DNA from: Candidatus Nanoclepta minutus
Lineage (GTDB): Archaea > Nanobdellota > Nanobdellia > Nanobdellales > Nanobdellaceae
Length of the DNA: 32,000 nt
Assembly (NCBI GenBank): GCA_003568775.1
Contig: MWMI01000001.1
Span: 161,792 to 193,791 of the forward strand
Reading direction: 5' to 3'
Shown here: positions 24,693-32,000 of the stretch, piece after piece
Layout: the number at the start of each line of letters is the position of its first letter
How positions within the stretch are numbered: position 1 is the first letter of the stretch
Notes under the pieces: model-generated
Database searches by the model: none
Told to the model about the DNA's origin: nothing
What the model saw: the letters and a program-made list of their open reading frames with translations, nothing else
Translations under genes and position numbers: made by a program

Positions 24693-25985
24693 ATGGATGT
24701 ATTCAAGTTATACGATATAAGGGGTAAATGGGGAGATGAGCTAACGGAGGATAAGGTTTTTAAGATAGGTTTAGCTTTTGGGGAATTTTTTAAGGATACA
24801 GACTATATCGGGGTAGTTAGAGATGTAAGGATTCATTCTAAAAGGATTAGAGATATCTTAATAGACGCTATAACTAGAACGCATAACGTAATAGACTTTG
24901 GAATAGGCAGCACACCCGAGGCAGCTTATCTAGCTAGAGTATACACAATACCCGTGCTCATGATTACAGCTTCCCATAACCCGAAGGAATATAATGGTAT
25001 AAAAGTAATAGACGATAAGGGATATGAACTTCCTCCGGAAGATCTAAAGGCTATAGAGAATATATATAAGAACGTAAGGAACTTTGAAGGAAGGGAAGGT
25101 ATAGTTGAGGAAGATACATATGCAGTGGAGATATACAAGTGGTATTTGAGGAAGAAGTTTAGGAATATAAGGGGCTATAAGATAGGATATGATCCTTCTA
25201 ATTCCGTAATGTCTATATTTATCGATGTTTTCCAAGATTTAGGCAATGAGGTTTTTTCTATAAACAGTGAACTAGACGGTAATTTCCCCTCTCATTTACC
25301 AGATCCAGCTAAGGATGAAAACATGCAGCAGATGGTAGACCTTGTAAAGGTCAAGGGTTTGGACTTTGGTGTAGTATTCGATGGAGATGGGGATAGGTTG
25401 GGAGTTGTTGATAACAATGGAAGGATTATAAGACCTTATGAATATTTAATGGCCTTTTTAGGAAGAGGTAGGAAGTTCCTGTTGGAGGTCTCTTTACCCT
25501 ATATACTTAGAGAAATCCTAAAAAGAGATGGATACGAATACGTTATTTCTAGGACAGGCAGACCGTTTATAGTTGAAAAGAGTATAAAGAATAAGGTATT
25601 CTTAGCAGTAGAATCTTCAGGCCACTATTATTTCTCGAATAATTTCTATTCGAGTGATTCCCTTTATGCTATTCTGATGCTGATAAAGGAGTTAAGGGAT
25701 AAGGGTATATGGTTTGATTCTCTGAAGTTGGAAGAATTCAATAGGAAAGAGATTGTTATAAAGAAAGAGAAGGGTAACTTGATAGAAAAGATTAAAGATT
25801 ATTTTGAGAATAGAGATGTTAGTATAGATAACTTAAATGGCGAATTAGATGGAATAGATATATTAGGTAAAGGTTTTAGGATTTTGGTTAGAGAATCACA
25901 AACGGAACCTATATATAGATTGATAGTTGAAGATTACGGTAGTAATATATCTGAGGAGATAGAAAAAATATTATCTCAACTCTGA
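24693..25985 (+). CDS. Phosphohexomutase (phosphoglucomutase/phosphomannomutase or GlmM-type)
   Basis: 430 aa. Active-site Ser loop TASHNPKEYNGIK, metal loop FDGDGDRLGVVD, sugar loop ESSGH, phosphate loop RESQTEP. Confidence 0.88.
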   Translation: MDVFKLYDIRGKWGDELTEDKVFKIGLAFGEFFKDTDYIGVVRDVRIHSKRIRDILIDAITRTHNVIDFGIGSTPEAAYLARVYTIPVLMITASHNPKEYNGIKVIDDKGYELPPEDLKAIENIYKNVRNFEGREGIVEEDTYAVEIYKWYLRKKFRNIRGYKIGYDPSNSVMSIFIDVFQDLGNEVFSINSELDGNFPSHLPDPAKDENMQQMVDLVKVKGLDFGVVFDGDGDRLGVVDNNGRIIRPYEYLMAFLGRGRKFLLEVSLPYILREILKRDGYEYVISRTGRPFIVEKSIKNKVFLAVESSGHYYFSNNFYSSDSLYAILMLIKELRDKGIWFDSLKLEEFNRKEIVIKKEKGNLIEKIKDYFENRDVSIDNLNGELDGIDILGKGFRILVRESQTEPIYRLIVEDYGSNISEEIEKILSQL

Positions 25986-26306
25986 TCTTGCAATATCTAA
26001 GGCTCTTATTTTTACTAAGCTTTCTATTCTCTCTATTATTTTGTTTTCAAATGAATTATATAGCTTTTCTATTTCCTTAAATATTCTATAAGCTTCATTT
26101 AAATTACCATCCTTTATATTGTTTGTAAACTCTATTCTATACTTGCTTATCTCTTCTATCAATTTCCTTAAATCATCGTCCCTGTATGATATTTTAAATA
26201 GGAGTTTTAAATCGGGGTTAGATATCCTATTATAAACTTTGTTTGCATATCTATTATAGAGCTTAAGTAGGAAGTATGATGTCTCTACCATCTCGTGAAT
26301 TCTCAT
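25971..26306 (-). CDS. Hypothetical helical protein (111 aa)
   Basis: ORF with its own TATA-like element (TTTATAAA on the minus strand, centred 26 nt upstream of ATG 26306). Predicted all-helical and charged. No family recognised. Confidence 0.45.
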   Translation of the reverse strand: MRIHEMVETSYFLLKLYNRYANKVYNRISNPDLKLLFKISYRDDDLRKLIEEISKYRIEFTNNIKDGNLNEAYRIFKEIEKLYNSFENKIIERIESLVKIRALDIARSELR

Positions 26307-26359
26307 AGATAAACATTGTTAGAAAAGTTTATAAATGATATCACCTATATGAGATAAAA

Positions 26360-28039
26360 TTATATAGAGAACGGGAGACCCCTAATCCCTTCTTGATAGT
26401 ATTTCTTTATTACCTCCCAAACTTCAAAGAAATCGAATATTTCCTCTTCTACCATCCTTTTAAGTACTCTTGATCTTTCCTCTATTATATCGTATATTTT
26501 CCTCCTATCTGCTAACTTAAGCAATGGAGCAATTTTATATTCTAATATATAGCTGTTATATTTTCCTCTGAAGGAATGCTTGTCGTTTATCCTATCCCAT
26601 ACAAAAACCTCTCTCGCAGCGATCCTCTTTAACTGATGTATGAACCTCTCAATTTCGTATATCCTTAATACCCTTCTTTCCATCTTTCCTTTAATATATA
26701 CCGTTCCCTGTAAGACAACTATATTCAAGTTATCTAGGAAAGTTATCGGTATGTTTATAGGTTCTCCAGTCAACCTCTCAACTAACTGTGTTAATGAACC
26801 TGCGTGGAAGGTTGACATTACAGGATGTCCTGTCTGCATTGCCTGAAATGCTACGAAACCTTCCTTACCTCTTATCTCCCCAACTAGTATATAGTTGGGT
26901 CTGGATCTTAATGCTGCCCTTAAAAGATCGTACATCTCTATATCGGTCTGTTTTCCGTGTTGTCTTGTAACTAACCTCTGCCAGATTTCATGTGGTATAT
27001 TAAGTTCTGGAGTATCTTCTACTGAATAAACCTTCCAATCTGGTCTAATAAAGGTTGTTAGAGCGTTTAATGTAGTCGTTTTACCGGATGCAGTTTCTCC
27101 TATTACGAATATGTTCATTCCATGCTCTATTGCTACCCATAAATATGCAGCCTCTTCCGGAGAAATAGTTCCGAAAGATATTAGTTGTGTTATACTCAGT
27201 GGCTTTGCGGAGAACTTTCTTATTGTAAAGGAAGAGCCGTGTAAAGATATGTCTTTGCCAAATATGAAGTTTACTCTTGAACCATCTGGTAGTATAGCAT
27301 CGGATATTGGTCTTGCTTCAGATACAGGCCTTTCTACTATCTCCGAATACTTTATTACATACTTATTTAGTTCTTCCTCAGATATAAATTCTAAATTAGT
27401 TTTTAGAGTTCCGAATATCTTATGTACGATCCATATAGGCCCTACACCTAAGGTATGTATATCTTCTATATAGGGATCCCTCACCAATGGTTCTAACTTT
27501 CCGAAGCCAAGCCTTTCCCTGAGTAAGAAGTATTTCAACTTTTCATATTCTTTCCTATCTTTTAGAACTATTTTTGTTGCTCCAAAGGAAAAACCAGTCC
27601 TTCCAATAGTAACTACTTTATCATAAAGTTCTTCTAAAGTTTCTTTTAGTTCTTCTACATCTTCTGTATGTAAGGTTTCTGTAGCAAATTTTACTATAGT
27701 CTTTTGAATTTTTTCTAATGTCTCCTTTTCTTTATCACTCAGCTTAGGTTCTATTGCAACGTAAGTAGGTTCTAAACCCGGAAACTTGTAGATGTTTATG
27801 AATATGGGATCACCTACGGGATAGATTATGTTGAATACTTCCCTATCCCTTAGACTTCTATCAAGATCAGTTAACCACTCTGGCATACCCATCTTTACGG
27901 AAGTAGTGTTTACGTATTCCCTTAAATGTGGGAACTTCTCTAATGCTTCATTAAAATCTAAAGTTCTAGGATATTCGAGTATCCTTTTTATACGTTTCTT
28001 GCTTATTACGAATTCCTGTTGTAGATCCTGAGGGTTCAT
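26360..28039 (-). CDS. arlI: Archaellum assembly/motor ATPase ArlI (FlaI)
   Basis: 559 aa. FTIRKF, SITQLISFGTISPEEAAYLWVAIEHG, Walker A GETASGKTTTLNAL, SVEDTPEL, and VGEIRGKEGFVAFQAMQTGH, typical of FlaI-type secretion ATPases. Confidence 0.9.
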   Translation of the reverse strand: MNPQDLQQEFVISKKRIKRILEYPRTLDFNEALEKFPHLREYVNTTSVKMGMPEWLTDLDRSLRDREVFNIIYPVGDPIFINIYKFPGLEPTYVAIEPKLSDKEKETLEKIQKTIVKFATETLHTEDVEELKETLEELYDKVVTIGRTGFSFGATKIVLKDRKEYEKLKYFLLRERLGFGKLEPLVRDPYIEDIHTLGVGPIWIVHKIFGTLKTNLEFISEEELNKYVIKYSEIVERPVSEARPISDAILPDGSRVNFIFGKDISLHGSSFTIRKFSAKPLSITQLISFGTISPEEAAYLWVAIEHGMNIFVIGETASGKTTTLNALTTFIRPDWKVYSVEDTPELNIPHEIWQRLVTRQHGKQTDIEMYDLLRAALRSRPNYILVGEIRGKEGFVAFQAMQTGHPVMSTFHAGSLTQLVERLTGEPINIPITFLDNLNIVVLQGTVYIKGKMERRVLRIYEIERFIHQLKRIAAREVFVWDRINDKHSFRGKYNSYILEYKIAPLLKLADRRKIYDIIEERSRVLKRMVEEEIFDFFEVWEVIKKYYQEGIRGLPFSI

Positions 28040-28737
28040 ACTATAGTAACTATTTCAACTATTAGTCCTAGTCCAGGTTCTACTCTAAATGGTATTATCA
28101 GCTCATACTGTTGCTTTGCATTTCTAAACCTCTTTATCTCAATGTATCTAGTTAATTGTCCTGTAGAAGAAGATATATCGGCCTTAAAGTATATATCGGC
28201 GATGTTTCTGAGATCTTCTACTATATGCTTACTTAAGGTGAATGGATTATAGGTTAAAATTATTATTTTATCCTTACTCTTTATCTTTTGCAAGAAATCT
28301 AAGAATTTTATAAAGGACATCCTTGGTATGCTGTTTACTAGTGGATATGAGAGAGAATCTATTATAATTATATCCTTCTCAAATAATTTTTTGGATTTGC
28401 TCTTCATCAATTCTAGTATAAGGTTTTCTTCAAACTTTGTTCTTCCAAACAGGCTTGTCAATGAGATGAACATGAGTTTATCCGTTAGCAGGAAGTCTCT
28501 AATGGGATAATTTAGAGAGTCCATTTGTCTAATGAAGTCCAGGATTGACATTTCTGTAGATATATAGGTAACGGTGTAGTTGTTCATTAATGCACCATAG
28601 GTTATCCTCTGTGATATTATACTCTTTCCGCATCCATCTTTCCCCTCAATTATCATTATAGAACTTTTTGGGATTCCCCCACCTATCCTTTGTTCAAAAT
28701 CGTCCCTATCGAGGAATATGGTTATATGCTCTGTCAT
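28036..28737 (-). CDS. arlH: Archaellum RecA/KaiC-like ATP-binding protein ArlH (FlaH)
   Basis: 233 aa. Walker A GKDGCGKS, Walker B-like IIIIDSLS. The position immediately upstream of arlI with a 4-nt overlap supports the call. Confidence 0.8.
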   Translation of the reverse strand: MTEHITIFLDRDDFEQRIGGGIPKSSIMIIEGKDGCGKSIISQRITYGALMNNYTVTYISTEMSILDFIRQMDSLNYPIRDFLLTDKLMFISLTSLFGRTKFEENLILELMKSKSKKLFEKDIIIIDSLSYPLVNSIPRMSFIKFLDFLQKIKSKDKIIILTYNPFTLSKHIVEDLRNIADIYFKADISSSTGQLTRYIEIKRFRNAKQQYELIIPFRVEPGLGLIVEIVTIV

Positions 28738-29114
28738 GTTTCGGTTTCGTTTATTATTTTTTCATTACATAGCCTTATGTATAGGTTATTATACTGGCTA
28801 GAATTTTTAATTGTTATTTCGTAAACATCTTTTGATATTTCTTTATATTCAAACTCCTTGGATACGTTATTTATCTTTATTTCATTTATGCAGAAGTTAG
28901 ATAAATTAGAATATATCCTGATTACTAGGATTAAGTTGTTATCCCTCCTTATGGTATTTACGATATCGTAATCAAGGCTCTTCAGTAGTTTCTGGGGTTG
29001 AGATACAGAAGAAATTGCGAATCCAGTTGCCCTAAATATATCGAAGAATAGAGAAATAAAGGATATTACTAGGAGTATTATTGAAATAATTATCAAAAAA
29101 AGGTGATACCTCAT
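28734..29114 (-). CDS. ArlF/ArlG (FlaF/FlaG)-like small membrane-anchored protein
   Basis: 126 aa. A single N-terminal TM helix followed by a beta-rich domain. Assigned mainly from topology and its position between the arlD/E-like gene and arlH. Confidence 0.45.
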   Translation of the reverse strand: MRYHLFLIIISIILLVISFISLFFDIFRATGFAISSVSQPQKLLKSLDYDIVNTIRRDNNLILVIRIYSNLSNFCINEIKINNVSKEFEYKEISKDVYEITIKNSSQYNNLYIRLCNEKIINETET

Positions 29115-29824
29115 ACTTCGTTTGGTTTCAATATTCCCCTTTGTACTAGCTCATTGTAAAGGTCTTTTATTCTATATAAGTTCTTATATTCACCACCCTT
29201 TATTTTCGATATTATATATAGGGTTAAAACATGATCCTCTGGTCCAATCTTTTCATTCTTACTTTCAACATTTTCAAGACCCTTCAAGTATTCCATAAGT
29301 TTGATCTTTACTTCTTCAGTTATCCATCTTACCCTTTCATAGAACTCTAAAGTTTTTTCAGTTTCCCTAATTCCTGCCTTTCTTACAAGGTAACTCAACC
29401 ATCCAATTATTATTGCAATTACTGCAGGATCATTATCAATTCTATCTAATGGTAATACCCCAGTTGTAGTCATTTCATTTGCAGTTTCCTGGATTTCTGG
29501 CGATAGATTCCCCTTTTCCTCTTCTAAGAATGGGTTATATTGTTTATAGAGTAAATCATAAATACCTATCATCTTTTCTATATTATTTTTCAGGTTCAAT
29601 ATTTCATTTTCATAGACTTTTGTCTTTTCTTCTACTCCAACTATCTTTTCCGAAAATTCATATATCTTTCCTTCAATATTTTTTATAGATTTTGATAGGT
29701 TAGATACAGTATCAACTAAGGTTCTTATCTGTTCTTGATATATATTAGGTTGATTTTGAATAGGGGCTTGTGATAATTCATCATCTTTAGTCTTTTCTTT
29801 TTTTCTGAACAAATCGAGTTTCAT
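29111..29824 (-). CDS. ArlD/E (FlaD/E) family archaellum accessory protein
   Basis: 237 aa. N-terminal coiled coil, then LPLDRIDNDPAVIAIIIGWLSYLVRKAGIRETEKTLEFYERVRWITEEV, which matches the FlaD/E domain pattern (DP...W..FL....G......L.YY...WI). Confidence 0.7.
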   Translation of the reverse strand: MKLDLFRKKEKTKDDELSQAPIQNQPNIYQEQIRTLVDTVSNLSKSIKNIEGKIYEFSEKIVGVEEKTKVYENEILNLKNNIEKMIGIYDLLYKQYNPFLEEEKGNLSPEIQETANEMTTTGVLPLDRIDNDPAVIAIIIGWLSYLVRKAGIRETEKTLEFYERVRWITEEVKIKLMEYLKGLENVESKNEKIGPEDHVLTLYIISKIKGGEYKNLYRIKDLYNELVQRGILKPNEV

Positions 29825-29893
29825 AAGATAATTTTAGATATCTTTTTAATTAATAGTTTTTGTTTATCCTTATTGTTAAATACATATGATTTA

Positions 29894-29901
29894 TTTTAAA
29901 A
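29894..29901 (+). promoter_or_regulatory. TATA box of the aIF6 gene
   Basis: TTTTAAAA is centred about 26 nt upstream of ATG 29923. Confidence 0.5.
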
Positions 29902-29922
29902 CTTTTTCGATAAGGAAGAAGA

Positions 29923-30546
29923 ATGAGGGTATTGAAGCTAAACGTTATGGGATCACCCTTCATAGGGTTGTTTTTCCATTTATTTGAGGACTTTGGAATA
30001 TTCTCTCAAAGAGCAAGAGATTTAGATATAGATATAAAGAAAGAATACGTGAGTTATCCTATAGTAACCCCCTTCTTTATAGAATATGGAGATAGAATAA
30101 TAATAAGCAAAAACGCTCCTAGGGAAATAATAGAGACTCTAGGAAAATACTTCGATTTAATATTGGTAGATACTAGAGAAAACTTGATAGGTAACTTGTT
30201 TTTTATAGGAAAGGATGTAATATTGTATTCTAGTGCGATCAAGAAAGACGTTGAAGAAATTGAGAGGGTTTTAGGTATGAGTTCTTATAGGATCAAGGTA
30301 GATTACTATTTTGGGAGTATTATAAAGTCTTATAGAGATAGGATATTGGTTGCACAGAACTTATCTGATGAGACTATCGATAGGATCAGGGAAAGAGTGG
30401 TTTCGAGGAAGTTCGATGTTTCTACTGTTAATTTTGGTAGTCCCTTTTTGAGATATGGAATAGAGATAAATAAGGATTATTTAATAGTTGGAGATAGGAG
30501 TACTGGACACGAAATAGTAAAAATAGAAGATTTCTTTACTGATTAG
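29923..30546 (+). CDS. eif6: Translation initiation factor aIF6
   Basis: 207 aa. Repetitive pentein-type pattern (GSPFIGLF, NLIGNLFF, GSIIKSY, GSPFLRYG). Neighbourhood with LX and prefoldin alpha is a conserved archaeal association. Confidence 0.8.
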   Translation: MRVLKLNVMGSPFIGLFFHLFEDFGIFSQRARDLDIDIKKEYVSYPIVTPFFIEYGDRIIISKNAPREIIETLGKYFDLILVDTRENLIGNLFFIGKDVILYSSAIKKDVEEIERVLGMSSYRIKVDYYFGSIIKSYRDRILVAQNLSDETIDRIRERVVSRKFDVSTVNFGSPFLRYGIEINKDYLIVGDRSTGHEIVKIEDFFTD

Positions 30547-30841
30547 GTCTTAAAAGATTTTCTAATTCCTCTCTTTTCTTTTCTAATTGTTCTATGTTCT
30601 TATCAATTGTTTTTATTATCTCTTCCTTGTTTTTTTCTATGAATACCCTATTTCCCACATTGACCAAAAACTTTTTATCATCCAAGATCTTTACCTTTGC
30701 TAGTATCATACCTCCTATGTTTACAAAGTTTTCTTCTTGGGAAACAAACTCGTTCAGGATCTTCTTTATTAATTTTAATTCTGAAATCTTATTTACTATA
30801 GCATTATATTCTTCTAATAAACTGTTATAATCTATTTCCAT
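30536..30841 (-). CDS. pfdA: Prefoldin alpha-like subunit (short, 101 aa)
   Basis: Coiled coil - beta hairpin region (VNIGGMILAKVKILDDKKFLVNVGNRVFIEK) - coiled coil. Lies directly downstream of the LX gene, as in many archaea. Confidence 0.55.
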   Translation of the reverse strand: MEIDYNSLLEEYNAIVNKISELKLIKKILNEFVSQEENFVNIGGMILAKVKILDDKKFLVNVGNRVFIEKNKEEIIKTIDKNIEQLEKKREELENLLRPNQ

Positions 30842-31116
30842 ATTTTTAAGAACTTCTTAAGTATCTTATCCTTTAACTCTTCCTCATTAATTTCTTCTAC
30901 TTTCATTATTTCAATATTCTTCCTTTTAACCTTATATATGCTTCCAAAGAAGGAGTATATGCTTTCTAATACCTCTTCCTTTGATGTTCCTAAAATTTCC
31001 TTGCTGAATTTGTATATAACTTTTGATTTTGTATCCACTCCCTCCTTTCCTGCCTTATTAAGTATAACCGTCTTTTTTATTATTCCTTCTACACGGAATA
31101 TCTTTTTATTTACCAT
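30832..31116 (-). CDS. rplX: Ribosomal protein LX (L18Ae/L20A family)
   Basis: 94 aa. KIFRVEG near the N-terminus and EEVLESIYSFFGSIYKVKRKNIEIMKVEEI resemble the LX pattern. Confidence 0.7.
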   Translation of the reverse strand: MVNKKIFRVEGIIKKTVILNKAGKEGVDTKSKVIYKFSKEILGTSKEEVLESIYSFFGSIYKVKRKNIEIMKVEEINEEELKDKILKKFLKIWK

Positions 31117-31137
31117 TAAGAAATATTCCGAGATAGG

Positions 31138-32000
31138 TTATATAAATATTTTGGTAATTAATACTTTACTTGCGATTTCTTCTATGAAACCTCTGAAGTT
31201 GAAGATATTTGAATACCAAGGTTTTTTATATTTATATTCTTTATTTATGAATACTATATTCTCTTTTGAAGTATTGTAGAACTTAGAAATGTAATCTAAC
31301 ATCTTTTCGTACTCTCCTATATCGTCTATTAAGTTCATATCCTTTGCATCTTTTGCTAAAAACCATAATCCAGATAGGCTTATATTATTTGAAATGTTCC
31401 TCCTTGAAGCTATATCCCTAACGAAATCATCAGTTACTCTCTCTACAACCCTTTTAAGGTATTCTAACTCGAATTCTGTTAGGGGTCTATAGCCACTACC
31501 TATATCCTTATATGGTGTACTCTTTATTATTGAAACATTTATTCCGATCTTATCCAAGAGTTTGGATATATCTATAACCTCTATATAAGCTCCTATGCTC
31601 CCTACAATTGAATCTGGTCTGGCGATTATGTAATCGGAATGTACACATAGCCAATAGGCTGCAGAAGTAGCCTCTCCGTTTATATAACAGAACTTTGGAG
31701 TATCTATACTTTCCAACGTATTCACTATCCTCAAGATATCTAGGTTACCGCCGGGGGAGTTCAGGACAAACAAGATACCATCGTAATTCTTCCCCTCTAA
31801 ATCATCTATTAACCTATCTATATTCAAGTTATCGGATGTTATTAGAGAATCTATGTTTATTTTTAATATTCTAACCCTCTTTTCAGGTAATATATGTGGT
31901 TTTAGGAGAAAAACGGATAATAAAATTATTAAAATAAAAAGAGGTATTAGTAAAAATACCTTTTTTCTAATTATCTGGCGAATTCGATATATATAGAACC
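31138..32000 (-). CDS. sppA: Signal peptide peptidase SppA (S49 family), 5' end probably beyond the window
   Basis: LNSPGG and ATSAAYW motifs of the ClpP/S49 fold. The reading frame stays open upstream of the track's TTG start (31827) to the window edge. That stretch encodes a TM anchor (KKVFLLIPLFILIILLSVFLLK) with no in-frame ATG. Confidence 0.7.
   Translation of the reverse strand, partial: FYIYRIRQIIRKKVFLLIPLFILIILLSVFLLKPHILPEKRVRILKINIDSLITSDNLNIDRLIDDLEGKNYDGILFVLNSPGGNLDILRIVNTLESIDTPKFCYINGEATSAAYWLCVHSDYIIARPDSIVGSIGAYIEVIDISKLLDKIGINVSIIKSTPYKDIGSGYRPLTEFELEYLKRVVERVTDDFVRDIASRRNISNNISLSGLWFLAKDAKDMNLIDDIGEYEKMLDYISKFYNTSKENIVFINKEYKYKKPWYSNIFNFRGFIEEIASKVLITKIFI

Noticed and set aside
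1434-31279. About two dozen 60-130-aa ORFs in the six-frame track lie antisense to or nested within larger genes. Examples: 1434-1616, 1938-2198, 2885-3238, 5468-5695, 10841-11239, 15531-15809, 15855-16121, 21248-21565, 22142-22435, 22838-23098, 23886-24229, 24926-25235, 26640-26970, 27111-27473, 27828-28031, 28328-28510, 29479-29688, 30054-30242, 30594-30830, 30938-31279.
   Set aside because: Each is fully contained in a longer ORF on the opposite strand that has recognisable family motifs. Their translations are low-complexity Ser/Phe/Ile/Leu-rich strings, typical of the antisense of Lys/Glu/Asn-rich AT-biased genes. None has a recognisable motif or a well-placed TATA element.
1-32000. Search for CRISPR arrays, IS elements or transposases, integrases next to the three tRNAs, toxin-antitoxin pairs and prophage genes.
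   Set aside because: No spaced direct repeats, inverted terminal repeats, recombinase or transposase motifs, or attachment-site-like tRNA 3' duplications were seen. The tRNA flanks are occupied by housekeeping genes.

Overview
This window is an AT-rich (roughly 30% G+C by eye, not computed), extremely gene-dense archaeal chromosomal segment. I call 42 protein-coding genes (2 cut by the window edges), 3 tRNAs with almost entirely G:C stems (Ile-GAU, Asn-GUU, intron-containing Leu-UAA) and one candidate C/D-box sRNA. By my tally from the coordinates, only about 1.1 kb of the 32 kb lies outside predicted genes.

The content is mostly housekeeping and information processing:
- DNA replication and repair: PCNA, RadA, histone, endonuclease IV, endonuclease III, an ATL-endonuclease V fusion, a DUF99 protein, an MrfA-like DEXH helicase and a DHH phosphoesterase.
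- Translation: aIF5A, aIF6, L15e, S8e, LX, an Sm protein and a YchF-like GTPase.
- Other functions: SufCBD, enolase, PGM/PMM, SecD, a CcdA/thioredoxin pair, an M16 peptidase and SppA.
- A partial euryarchaeal-type archaellum cluster (arlD/E-like, arlF/G-like, arlH, arlI) with no archaellin and no arlJ.

I found no CRISPR array, transposase, integrase or recognisable defence island, and I cannot support a claim of a clearly new multi-gene system.

The most unusual observations are:
1. The ATL-EndoV fusion, in which both domains carry non-canonical catalytic residues.
2. A C/D-box-like element 3 nt downstream of tRNA-Asn.
3. The orphan arl sub-cluster.
4. A sequon-rich secreted protein with cell-wall-binding-repeat-like modules.
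5. A very regular compaction architecture. All 8 convergent gene pairs overlap or abut, two divergent pairs sit exactly 52 nt apart around a single central TATA element, and TATA boxes lie about 26 nt upstream of start codons.

The lineage guess, a hyperthermophilic genome-reduced archaeon of Nanoarchaeota/DPANN type, is inference only.
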